Notes under the pieces: generated by a model
Seen by the model: the letters and a program-made list of their open reading frames with translations, nothing else
The model's database searches: none
What the model was told of the DNA's origin: nothing
Part shown: one piece after another, positions 11,287 through 23,181 of the stretch
How positions within the stretch are numbered: the stretch's first letter is position 1
How the letters are laid out: each line of letters opens with the position of its first letter
DNA from: Lepidodermella squamata
Lineage: Eukaryota; Animalia; Gastrotricha
DNA length: 64,000 nucleotides
NCBI GenBank assembly: GCA_047495785.1
Contig: JBLDXI010000009.1
Span: 4,960,001 to 5,024,000, forward strand
Reading direction: 5' to 3'
Translations under genes and position numbers: made by a program

Positions 11287-14200
11287 ATGCGCGGTTTTGG
11301 ATTGATAATCGCGCTTGCAGTGGTGGTTAACGCGCAATACGAGCCAGATTGGGCCTCGATCGACTCGCGGCCGCTGCCTAAATGGTACGATCAAGCGAAG
11401 GTTGGCATTTTCATCCACTGGGGCGTGTTTTCTGTCCCGAGTTTCGGCACTGAATGGTTCTGGGAAGAATGGAAAAGTAAGAAAATTCTTATCTTTTGAA
11501 TTGTTTTATGAACATTTGTTAGACTTATTGGCAAATGAAGTAGTTCTCAGGAGAATAGTTGGGGTTCTGGGAATATATTTGATCTGCTTTGCTGAAAATT
11601 CGGATTTAATGGGAATTATCGAGGGAATACTGAGCAAGAACGGGACGTCCTTCTCAAGATATTTCTTAAGGTAGTGATACGCATCCGGGAGAATTTCCCT
11701 CGCCGTATCTGGCTCGTTAGCATCGTCTCAAGCTACACGACGTGCCAGGCTTAATGTCTCGTATTCGGCGCTAGTTTCGTCGGATTGAAGGCCCTTCTTC
11801 GGCTCGCAATTATCGCAGGATACACGTGCTTTCGAACGCTGTTAGTGATAGTCTCGAATAGATTCCAGGGTTCGTACTTGACCAAAGCACTGAACTCCTA
11901 CAGCTTACTCTGTGCGTCGAAATCGTCATATTCCAGAGCGGACCCTTGATGTGAATAGGCCAAAGCACCCTTGCCGACGAAGGTTTCGATTCCGAAACGA
12001 AAAAGCTAGTCGTGCTATTGTTGTTGAGCTTCACCATGACCGCGCTATAATGGTATAACGAAATAGCTGCATATGACCAGCTTTATGCCAGAAAAACGCA
12101 GCGGAGACGAATTTTAGCATTAGCTGAAAGCGACACGATACCACCAGAATGGTTTGATATAGCGGAACTGTAGTGATGGAATGGGATAGTGCCATTCACG
12201 CTGCTCTCTCTGCGCATAGCGCATGGACGGAAACAGAGCGCCTTCGGGGTGAAGGATCGACGCTGCAGGTGCCTCTGGGTCTATTCGCGTTAGACCTTGT
12301 TCCGGTGTAGAATACTGAGATGATTCCACGTGTATTTGGCCAGAATACCTTTCGTTAGGATAGGAAACAGATAGCATAGGAACTGCATAAGCTGACGGAA
12401 ACAGATGAAAATTAGGCAACATCGCTTTCAACGAATGGCAGATCATCGAAATCCTCTCGCCTTGATGAAGTTGAACTGCTAGAATCCGACTCAACCTCCT
12501 GATCTTAGGGTGTTACTGGCGGGAACTCGGGCTCGCATCAGTAGGCAACCTCCTCCAGTAACGAGGACAACCCCCCACTGCACAGCTCAAGTTGTTGTTA
12601 TCCAAGTCATTGCCATGTTCATGCCAGCCTTTGCGCATTCATTATAGCTACCGGCTGAACCTTATGCTTGGCCGGAACCTTGATAAGGCTAAAGTTGAAG
12701 CTTTCTTCCTCGAAATGATCCACGAAAAGCAGCCTGAATAATTAATAGAAATGTCCTAAATTTTCCGAATTTGTATTGTATTTTGTTGAATAAGTATATA
12801 ATTTTAAATTGGTTGCACTCTGCACGAAAGAACTTATTTCAGTCTACATTAAGCATTGCGCGTTGATCAGCTTTATATATTTTTTTCCGGATGTATAATG
12901 ATAATTAACAATAATTTGTTCCTCTTTTCCAGCTAACAGCACAGCTTTCGTCAAATTCATGAAAGACCAGTACCCGCCGTCGTTCACCTATCAAGACTTC
13001 GCCCGCGAATTCGACGCCTACATGTTCGACCCTGATTGGTGGGCCGATTTGATCAAAGACTCAGGCGCTAAATACGTCGTCCTGACGTCGAAACACCACG
13101 AAGGCTACACGCTGTGGCCATCAAACGTCTCATTCAGCTGGAACTCGATGGACGTGGGCCCGAATCGTGATTTGGTGGGCGATCTCGCTAAATCAATCCG
13201 ATCTAGGACTAACGTCCGATTCGGGTTGTATCACTCGATGTTTGAATGGTTCAACCCGCTCTATGTCCAAGACAAGGCGAATCAGTTCGAAACGCGTCGA
13301 TTTGTCGACTTCAAAACCATGCCCGAGTTGATGGAGCTGGTCGAGACGTACAAGCCCGAGGTGATTTGGTCGGACGGCGATTGGGAGGCGAGTCACCAGT
13401 ACTGGAATTCGACTGGTTTCCTCGCGTGGTTGTACAACGACAGCCCGGTGAAAAATTCGGTGGTTGTCAACGACAGGTGGGGCGCTGGAATTCCGTGCAA
13501 ACACGGCGGCTATTGGACGTGCACTGACCACTACAACCCGGGTGTTGTCGTTCCGCATAAGTGGGAGAATTGCGATACGCTGGATCAATATTCGTGGGGT
13601 TACAGGCGAGAGGCGACGCTGATGGACTATTTGAGCGAGCTGGATGTGATTACGAAACTGGCTCAAACTGTTAGCTGTGGTGGCAATCTGCTCATGAATA
13701 TGGGACCGAGGAAAGACGGTTTGTCTATTTTTTCCTAAATCCACTCATTCCAGGGCGAAAAGTACAGAAAAAACGAAAAACAGAAAATTTGAGCAAAAAA
13801 TTGTTTTGGCGAATTATTTCTTCGTAGTGAGACTTCAATGCAGCTTTTCGATATTTGTGACTATAGCTCCGGCCCAAGCCTTTTTAAGGCCTTTTCGTAA
13901 GTGTGGAATATCATTTGATCAAAAATGGGTAACTACTTCAGCTAAGATCCATTTATTTAAAAAAAATCAAATGTTTTAGATTGAAACATTGGGGAAGGTT
14001 GGCCTGAAATCCTGTTTTAATTTGATATTTGAAATTTTTCCCAAATTAACGATCCTGCCTAGTGTAAAACATTTTGAATTCGAATTTCACTTATCATTGA
14101 AAAATTGATTTATTAATTATAAAATATTTAAATTTTAGGTCGTGTTGATCCGTTGATGGAAGAGCGCCTGCGTCAAATGGGAAAGTGGCTACGAACGAAC

Positions 14201-14614
14201 GGCGAGGCGATCTACGAAACCCAGCCGTGGATTCATCAAAACGAAACGAAAATCCCAGTTTGGTACACGGCTAAGCAAACCGCCGACGGGCAATTCTACG
14301 TCTACGCCATTGTCCTCGCCTGGCCGGCCAATAGCCAAATTTTCCTGAGCCAAGTCTCGCCGACTAAGAATACTAAAGTTACAATGCTAGGCACCGGCAC
14401 TGGTCATTTGAAGTTGAAACCGATTTCACAACAAGTTTTCAATGTGAAAGACGAATCTCTGAGCCCGGCCCCGGCTGGAATAATCGTCGATTTCAGCTCC
14501 TTGCGTTTCAGCGATTTACCCAGCACGGTCGCCTGGGTGTTGAAACTCGAGAATTTGGCTGCCGAGCAGCAGAAAATTCACCCAACTGTTGTGAAAAACT
14601 ACATTTTCCAGTGA
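11287..14614 (+). CDS. FUCA: Alpha-L-fucosidase (GH29), copy 2 (exons 11287-11476, 12933-13718, 14139-14614)
   Basis: Same GH29 motifs. Two GT-AG phase-1 introns restore a continuous frame collinear with copy 1. Confidence 0.95.
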
Positions 14615-14935
14615 TGGATTTTTCGACTAATCACTTATCTGACATTCGAACGAGTTGTGAAACAACTGAGCGTTTTTACTCGATTTTTCAAGTTGATGTG
14701 TTATGCTTTTGATGGATCTGCTTTAGCAATTTTACCGTCTTTCGTTTGATGAAGAAATTCACGTGAATTTCCGATTTTTAGTTACCATAATCTGACGCTG
14801 TTTCTAGGTTGATAAACCCCGTTTTTTAATTGAATTATTTTGTCTTATTTCTAGTCATTTTTATTGAGAGATTTTAACATCAAAAGCAGTGTCAATCTAG
14901 TCTCTTCAATCTTGTCAGTATTTGCGCGATTCAAA

Positions 14936-16876
14936 ATGGGAGGATTTCGTTGCACACGAACCTTTCTCGTTCTAATCAACATATTTTATCTGGTGAGTTC
15001 AATCAAAATTCGGTTCATTAGTATTTCGTTCTTGTTATTTTATTGGAAAATCGGAAAATTGTAGAAAGCGCGTAAAGAGGAAAAGAAGGGAAAAGACATT
15101 ATTAAGCATTTGAATTTTTTAAATATTTTCTCGAAATTATAACTTTTGAAATCGGCAACAATTTTTTATTTCCTCGGCAAGTGTAGACAATTTGCTCGAT
15201 TTTTAATTTTATTCGTGAAATTTTGAATAATTTTTTAATTTTTTAAATGAAATTTCAATTTTTTTCAGATCGTTTCGATAATTTTGATATCAGTGGCTGC
15301 TTACTCGCGGCTCACCTCGATAGTCGGCTCGCTAACAATAGTCGGCGGCATCATAGCATGCGGCGTGTTCCTGCTCATCATATCCGTGCTCGGCATCATT
15401 GGCGCCGTGCACCACCACCAGATTCTGCTCTTCTTCTACATGATCATCATTTTTCTGATTTTCCTCATTCAATTCAGCGTCGCTGTTGCGTGTCTCGCTG
15501 TGACAGACACGCAGCAGGAAATTTTGCTGAGCCAGTTATGGCGACAGGCTGGCAATGATACGCGGCAAGATGCTCAATATCAGGTGAGAACATTGAAATC
15601 ATTCATGAAATGGGCTCGGTACACGTACATTTGATTTGCGTTGAAAAATTGAGCAAAAAAATACTGCAATTTTTGAAATTTAATAGTACGAAAATTGGAA
15701 TATGTGATCGATTGAATCGAATTTCAAAGCAGGAATTTGAGCAATTTTCCTGTTCGAAAATTTCATTTTTTCATGTCCGAATTGACAAGGCAGTACAGAA
15801 TTTAATGGAATTTTTAAGATTATTCATAAAATTCTGGATCATTTGCCTAAGCATTTGAAATTTGAACTTTGATATTTATCATTTTTGAATTTTTATGATT
15901 TTCAATAACTTTGAATTTTGAAATTTCAGCTCGATTGCTGCGGCTTTGACAATAAGACCGAGACGGATGCGGGTCTTAACGAGCCGAAGTGTCAAAGCTC
16001 CGAGTGTTGCTCGAGTGCAGTGAATCGGACACACCCGTGCTGTGGCGGGTCGAATCCGCTGGCGAATAACGGCGAATGCCCGTGCCATACTTGCTTCAAG
16101 CAGATACTGCCGCGCGTGCAGCACGGCTTCAACCTAACCGGTGGCCTTGGCTTATTTTTCGCCTTTCTCGAGGTGAGAAATTCTGATTTTTTAGAAAATC
16201 GAAATTTTGGGATTTGAAGCAATTTCGACATTCAGCTGTAAAATGTCGAAGAGTCCCGAAGAATGCATAATTGAAAAATCGATGTTTAAAATTCAAGTTC
16301 AAATTTTGCAATTTTCGAAATATTTCTCAATCCTATTGTATAATTCTGCATTTCTTGAAATATTTCGAACCGTTAGCTTATGGGCATAATTTTGACGAAC
16401 CGCTATCGAAATATGCGCAACCCAGAAGCTGAAATTGACATCGACAAGTACCAGCCGGTCAAGCGAATGTTGTGAAAGAAAACGGCCCGAATTTTATTTC
16501 TGTATAAAATAATTAAAACGTAAATACTGTACATCTCGGATCTGAATACTTCGGTGGTAGCCTGAATGCTCGCCGCTGCGTCAACTAATTCATTTTTGGT
16601 GAAGCAAAAAAGCAATTCTAAAATTTATTTCATGAATAAAATTAATTTTGATCGTTTCAAGAAAAATTTGTTAACAAAATGAATTTTCGAATTGCTTCTT
16701 TGCTGAGGTTGAAGGGCAATCAAAGCTTGCATAGCGGTTAATTTCAGTTAATAGTCCTTTTCTAGTTTGATAATTAATTGTTTTATTTCCATTTTTTTTA
16801 GGTATTTGGTGTATGGTTTGCCGTTCGATTCCGCAATATGAAGGATCCATCACTTATTCCAGAAAACTTTCTATGA
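14936..16876 (+). CDS. TSPAN13: Tetraspanin-13/31 family (exons 14936-14992, 15269-15583, 15930-16172, last exon 16802-16876; alternative last exon 16377-16475)
   Basis: MGGFRCTR...; GAVHHHQILLFFYMII; LDCCGF; GGLGLFFAFLE|VFGVWFAVRFRNMKDP...FL matches TSPAN13/31. All junctions GT-AG and in frame. Confidence 0.9.
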
Positions 16877-17794
16877 TAAAACGAGTGAATGATGTTATGA
16901 TATGAAAGCCCTTATATTCAGTCCCTCAAGCTGTGTTAACATGATCGTCATTCTTGATAATATAGCGGATACAACATTTATATTCTTATAAAAAATTACT
17001 TTCAGTCAACATTCGGCCAGTTTGTCTACAATTTGAGTGTGAGAAAAATATGATAACGAAAATGTGCATAATATACCAATTGTAAATTAATCGGCGAAAA
17101 GTCATGCTGACAGTGTAGTTCCTGAGCTTATTTTGATTTAGATGAAGCTGAAGATCTGTGAAAATGACTAATTTTACTTTATTTATCGCATTTTTTCAAG
17201 AGTCACAGAAATTCCTAGTATTTTCAGTTCAATCAGCCATTTATCTCGCCGTGAATTATTCCTACTTGTGCTTTTTACCGCTTTCGGTGTTCGGTGTGAA
17301 TAATTTGATTAAAAACTAAAATTTGATGGCAAAAATCCGCCAAACATTGTGAATTGATTTCGGGACCGCGCTCGAGCTCAAAGTAATACGGGATTTGTGT
17401 TCGTATGACTGTAGATTATTCAACGTTGTTATGTACTGAAAATGTTGTTGATGGAAACAATCTGTAATTAATTAAATCGCGTTAAATTATATTATTATTT
17501 TTAAACCGAGACTAGCAATGGTGAGAAAGCTAATATTACTGTATAATTTAATGTGGTGGTTATGGTATTTTTTGACTGAGAAAAAGAAAACTATTATTTA
17601 CTGTGAAAATCCGGTGGATTGAAGCGAAATAAAAAAGACGAATAATTGTATCGAATTTTCTGTTATTATTTTAGATTTTTTGTAAATAGCTGCGCCTATA
17701 TTATGGATTGAACACGGCGGTGTTTGATTTGAATTGAGTGTGAAAAATAATTTGTATCGATACGCTTCCTATACTGATTTTTTTCGGCTTCCTC

Positions 17795-19014
17795 ATGGCG
17801 ATTTTTTTCACTAATCGATGCCATTTTCAAGCGTAAGAAAACAAAATTCATCTAATTTGTGAGAAAATTATTTTATTTTGAAGGTGTGGGCTGACTTTCG
17901 AAACTCTCAAAGATCTCATTCTGCATATTGAGCAAACTCATTTTGGTACGGAACAAATTATTTTTTTTGTGTTTTTTTTTGAAAATTTTCATTTTCAGAC
18001 AACCCAACGGCTTTGATTGATCGCACGACAGGATTCTTGCCCCTCAGTTGCGTGATCCGGTTCTATTCAGAGGAAGAAGCCGGCCGGTTGCCGATCCCCA
18101 TCCCGATCAACAACCAAAAACCGGCGACAATAACCACCGGGACTGTTCCTATTAATTCAACAAATTCCGCCCGGAACCGAGCTGGAACCGGGACTGGTAC
18201 CAGCCGGAAGGCGCAGCAAGCCGCCTTAATGGATGCCGAGGGCGGGGCGAACGGCGGTGAGGACACCTTAGACGCGCAGTGTAGATCGGTAGCCGCCGGG
18301 GTTTTAGCCGGCCTGGGCGTCCTCGGCACCCAGAATGGGAACCCGGGTAACCCGGTCGGGTCGCCCAGGTCCCAGTCGACGAGTCACGGTGTCCAGTGTA
18401 CATATGAAGGGTGTAATAAACGGTACAAGAATATCAACGGTTTGCGGTATCACATGAGGCACGTTCACCAAAAGGGCGCCGGGAACCCACCCGGGAGCAC
18501 CCAGCCGCCGGCGCCTCCTCCGACGGGCGGCAAACACGGGTTGAGCCAACAACCGCCGCAGTCACCCTCCGTCGCTCCGCCGACCCCGGTTACAGAGCCG
18601 CCGAGCAGCTACCAGCCGCGCGGCCGGGGCGGGGTGATCATGCGAGGCGGCTCCGTAGGGCCCCTGGGTTCTCACACCCTACAGGCGCACAGGTGTCGCC
18701 TGTGCGGCTACACGTGCCGAACCCTGGCTGAGTTGCACAACCACCAAACATCACAACACTCGGGCCAGTTGGTGCAGCCAGCTGCCAGCCCGTCGTCGGC
18801 GCCCTCGGATCTGCGGCACGCGCTGACCTCGGCGCCGGCCGGGTTCGCGAGGACCGCGTCGGCCGTGACCGCGAGCCGGCTGGCTGCGACGGAGCTGCTG
18901 CTGGGCGGGGAGCCGCCGTCGAAAACGCTGCCGACGACGTACGTGGCGTTGGTGCAGCAGGCGAACCCGAATTCGGAGCAGTTTGCCCAGCAGCAGCAGG
19001 TGATGCACCACTGA
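17795..19014 (+). CDS. JAZF1: JAZF1-like C2H2 zinc finger protein (exons 17795-17832, 17884-17945, 17999-19014)
   Basis: FFTNRCHFQACGLTFETLKDLILHIEQTH, LPLSCVIRFYS, CTYEGCNKRYKNINGLRYHMRHVH and a third C2H2 finger: the JAZF1/Sfp1 signature. Confidence 0.88.
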
Positions 19015-19490
19015 GAATCTTTCACGAGCTCTTTCATACGTACGGTTTAGCGTGTAGGATACATACCTTAGTTGTACGGCGTATGATGAGGTATAGATAA
19101 TAATACTGATTGCATGTTTTCTGTCTGTCTCTAGCTGTGTTTACTGCATACTGTACTTCACTTACTGAATATTTATTGGCTACTCTGTTTTTCTGAGTCT
19201 GTTGTTGGCGCGCACCTATCATGGCATGTCATTCGGTATTAAAAGCAAAAATGATGAAACGTCGAGGCGAAAAAAATGATCGGAAAATAAAACTTTTAAT
19301 TTCGAATTTCAACGAGTTTTGTTGTTTTTTGTGGTTTTGTGACGTTACAGTAGTGACTTTTCAACAAATCAAATCGTCAGGGACTTGTGACATTTCAGCT
19401 ACGAAAATTTGCGCAGAGAGAAAGATAAAGAGAGAGAATATCAGTTTCAGCTTATCAGAGATTTCTAAGGGTGTACATTTTCCTACCATC

Positions 19491-20015
19491 AATTTAATTT
19501 TGGGACTTTCACCAACAAACCGGAATATTCAAATTTCACCTTCAAGTCCGGGTTTTCCACCATCAGCGCCAACGAAACTGAAGCCGCCATCAATTTATAG
19601 GTACTTTCGCCAAAAAGTGGATCTCCAACAAATCCGAAAATACCGGAGAATACTGATTTAGTCGAAAGCTGTTCGAGACATAGCGAGCCACGTGCCATCG
19701 TTAGCGCAGAGGAATTTTTAGCCTGTCCATGCCAGTTTTAAGGCAATAATATAAGGTACAAAGTAACGATGACAAAATATCATGTGTTTGACATGACTCT
19801 TCAAAACTGACATGAAAAATCTGAAATTACGTCCGATATGGCTATTTTTTAAACAGCTTTCGACTAAAAATCAGCCGGTATTTCTCAGATTTGTTGGAGA
19901 GAAAATCCACTCCGCTGGCGAAAGCTCTAATTTGCAATTTGATGGTAGAAAACCCGAAATTGATGGTGGAATTTGAATTTACCGGTTTGTTGGTGAAATT
20001 CCCAAAATTGAAGTT
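19491..20015. mobile_element. Old MITE-like element with ~170-bp diverged inverted arms
   Basis: 19491-19673 is an imperfect reverse complement of 19852-20015. TSD not recognisable. Confidence 0.65.
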
Positions 20016-20053
20016 AAAAAGCATTTCCCCTTTTCTAATCAGACCTTTTGGTA

Positions 20054-20330
20054 GGTACGGTGGCTCAGCTGGGTCGTTGGGCTACTGTGTAGCTGACGGG
20101 TTATCACTCGGTACTGGGTTCAAGTCCTAGTGACGAAACCAGGATCGAGTCCTCGGCCCCGCCGTGGGGTTACCAATCCATCGCGTTACAAAATAGAAAA
20201 TTGGTACAGAGTCAGCCAGACTGCACTCTCAGTCGAATCCCGTCATCTCACCCACGGCAAGACCTAGGGCTAGTGTAAGTGGCAAGCAATTCTAGTCCAG
20301 TAGAGTAAGGACTTCTGGGATCGGAGAAAA
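20054..20330 (+). mobile_element. Probable tRNA-derived SINE
   Basis: Pol III A-box TGGCTCAGCTGG (20061-20072) and B-box GGTTCAAGTCC (20117-20127) without a clean cloverleaf, followed by a non-tRNA body. 3' end approximate. Confidence 0.55.
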
Positions 20331-20811
20331 ACGCCGTTTTCACAGAAAGATTCCTCTCGGTGATATTTTTCAAATGACAGCTTGAGCGCGGAAAACTATA
20401 ATGTCGCAATCGCGAGCTGTATAGTTACCTGAAATTTGCGAGGTAATTTGGCCGATTTTTCAACTTTCAAGATCATTTCAACCTCCGCATAAGAATTGAT
20501 TGTATCTGTTGTCGACCGTGTTTTGACCAATCGTTCAACGGGGATCATTTTGTTATAAAATTTGAAGCAAAAAAGTTACCAGAGACATAGGAGGTTCAAA
20601 AAACCACCAAGTTACCCCACACCACGGTAATTATATTTTATTAAATATAAGATAAGCTAACAGTATTAGGGTCCGTGAGATTAATAGTGATTTGCAAGTT
20701 CGCAACAAATAGTGATTAATAAGGAAAAATAGCATTTATAGCGGAAGCCATCTCTGCACTCGGCGATGCATCTATAATAGAAGTGCGGCTGCTCGGCATC
20801 GGTCGGCGGTT

Positions 20812-21154
20812 CTAGATCTTGGAGTAATGAACTGTGTCTGCCGGTATAGCGCCGCTATTGGCGCAGGTAGTGTAGAAGGCGCAAGGTTGAGGGACACGGT
20901 TGGTAGTGAAACTAAAAGCCTTGCAATCCGAAGTCTGAATGCATGTGGTGGCGCAACTTTGCAGCAAAGTGATTGATTGAGGACGAGCTTTCGACGGAGC
21001 TCCGCAGCTGAGGCTTTGCTTGTTGAATTTGGGAATTTGGGCTGTTGAATATTCAATCGTTATTATTATTTAAAGGAAACCAATTAGGAAACGAACCCTG
21101 AACTTGTGCAAGACCGATGATCACGGCAAGAACCAACAGCATTTTGACGGCCAT
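20812..21154 (-). CDS. Small secreted single PAN/apple-domain protein (exons 21154-21097, 21041-20812)
   Basis: Spliced product MAVKMLLVLAVIIGLAQVQAQIPKFNKQSLSCGAPSKARPQSITLLQSCATTCIQTSDCKAFSFTTNRVPQPCAFYTTCANSGAIPADTVHYSKI. Signal peptide plus C-x3-C-x5-C-xAF...C-x2-Y pattern. 55-nt intron. Exon 2 frame is absent from the ORF track. Confidence 0.75.
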
Positions 21155-23181
21155 GGCGATGAAATGAAGAAGTTTTGGCTTTGAAAAAACGAAAAATACA
21201 ATTATACTGAGTGCGGAAAACTGAAAATGTGGATGCAATTATTTAATTCATCGCTTTTTATTCCCTTCTTTCCTTCACTTCGTTTGTTCATCTGTCAAAG
21301 GCATCGTTTGAAGTCCTTCACGGCGTCAACTGCAGGCGTGTAAAAAACATGTTAGGTTTGATAATTATCAAGCGTGAAAATATACGGCCATCGAATTGTT
21401 TTATCTCCTATTTTATTTGCTTTGACTACATGCATTCAGCTTTCGAATGTACGCTGCCATACCGCATACCGCCAGATCACATGTTTTCCACCTCCAACAC
21501 AAATAATGCAGTAATTTTTCATCATGTGACATTGGCGCCACTTCTCCACTCATCTTCTTTCGGGCGTAATTTTTCGTCTACCGGTGAACCGATAGATTAA
21601 ACACATAATGCACCGAGCATTTTTCATCATATAATAAATTCTCATATAAGCGTATCTCCACGCTGTGAATCGCATCAACTCGGCGAAAACGGATAAAAAA
21701 TGAGATATGTTTGCTGAAAACCAGCATTTTTGAATGCCATTGTTCAGACGATGGCAACCTTGAGCTTTGGGGCTCTTTTCACGCGTGGTGCTGATTCGAA
21801 ATCTGATGATTGAGCATGCAGAGGGGCTAAAATACATGGCGGGAAACTGGCATGACACTCCTCGACGCGAATAGAAAATAGAAAAAAGTTGGTAAAACCA
21901 GTTGAAATGACGAAAATTATCGACCCAGTTACTATAAATCCGGGGAATTTCCGGTGAAAAGCAAAACCGACCATCTAAAGGAAAATCTTGCTCGTAATAA
22001 ATGACTTTTTATTGGATTTTGGATTTCTGCCCCATCGAGTCCGAGTTCGGAGCTTGAATCAGCTAGAAGGACTTTTCCTAAATCGGCGTGGTGAAATGAG
22101 CCAGGTTTTGAAATAAGAAACCTGCGAGGATTCCAGTAATGTAAAAAATTAGAAGCCAAGAATTGTCCAACAGCTCCTAAGAGTATTAAGCCATTTTTAG
22201 CTCATACTTTCCGTATAGAAAGTGAATAAAAATAACACAATTTAGTTAATTCGCCTGGCGTTGAGAGGCTGTTTGTTTTTTCTCTCCACGTCGGCAAAAC
22301 ACTTGAACGGAAGTGAAGGTTGTAAAACATTGTTGTTACACACATATTTTAAGCGCCTGCCAACCAGACCCACCGCAAATGTCGCTGCTTTTGTTGCGGC
22401 TGCTTAATTAACGCGCAAGAAATCTTGAAAACACACGCGCGTGAATGTTGTCGCTTTTTGCCGTAGTACTCTTGAGCTGCTGTTGTCACAAAAACACGTT
22501 ATTGTAACAAGACACCTGAGAGTTTCACAAGCAAGTTACTGCAGCGGCTGTTGTTAGGTTTCTGGCAAAAATAGGCACTGGAACGAATATTACGTAATCG
22601 AAACAAAAAATCAGCTTCACTTTGTTTGCATCTCGATTTCGAATTTCGTATCGCCATTTATCAAATTTGTCGTCTTCGAAAAATTTTCGTAAGAACTTTT
22701 TTACTGATACGCAGCGTGTCCCAGAATTGCGCAGCCATTTTGGCAAAAAAATTTCGAAATTCAACTATTTTATTTAATTAAACCTACCCAGAGAATATTC
22801 CAACTTTCATCCGCGATTTAACCAGAGAAATGACAAATTTACCGGAGAAAACCCGGAAAACCCCGATGGTAACTGGTTCGGTAATTTTCGGTATTTTACC
22901 CGGTTCGACCAAATTTCTCCGGAATTTTCATCCCATTAACAACTATTCTTGCGATTTTTTAATTTAATTTTTCTGGCCATTGATGTGACTTCGCCTGTCA
23001 TTTTAAAGTTTCTGAACCCTTTTCCGTGTATTTTCTTTGCTTGCGTTACTTATGGGACACGCTGTACGTCGCATCCAGATTTTTGTTTTTTAAATCCCAT
23101 CTTTCTCAATTTTGTTGTGAAGTTATATTTTCATGACGCCCAATTTATGTAGATGAATTCGGCGCTTAAAACAGGTTGAAA

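Noticed and set aside
20054-20130. Possible second tRNA gene
   Set aside because: A and B boxes are present but I could not build acceptor and anticodon stems; treated as a SINE head.
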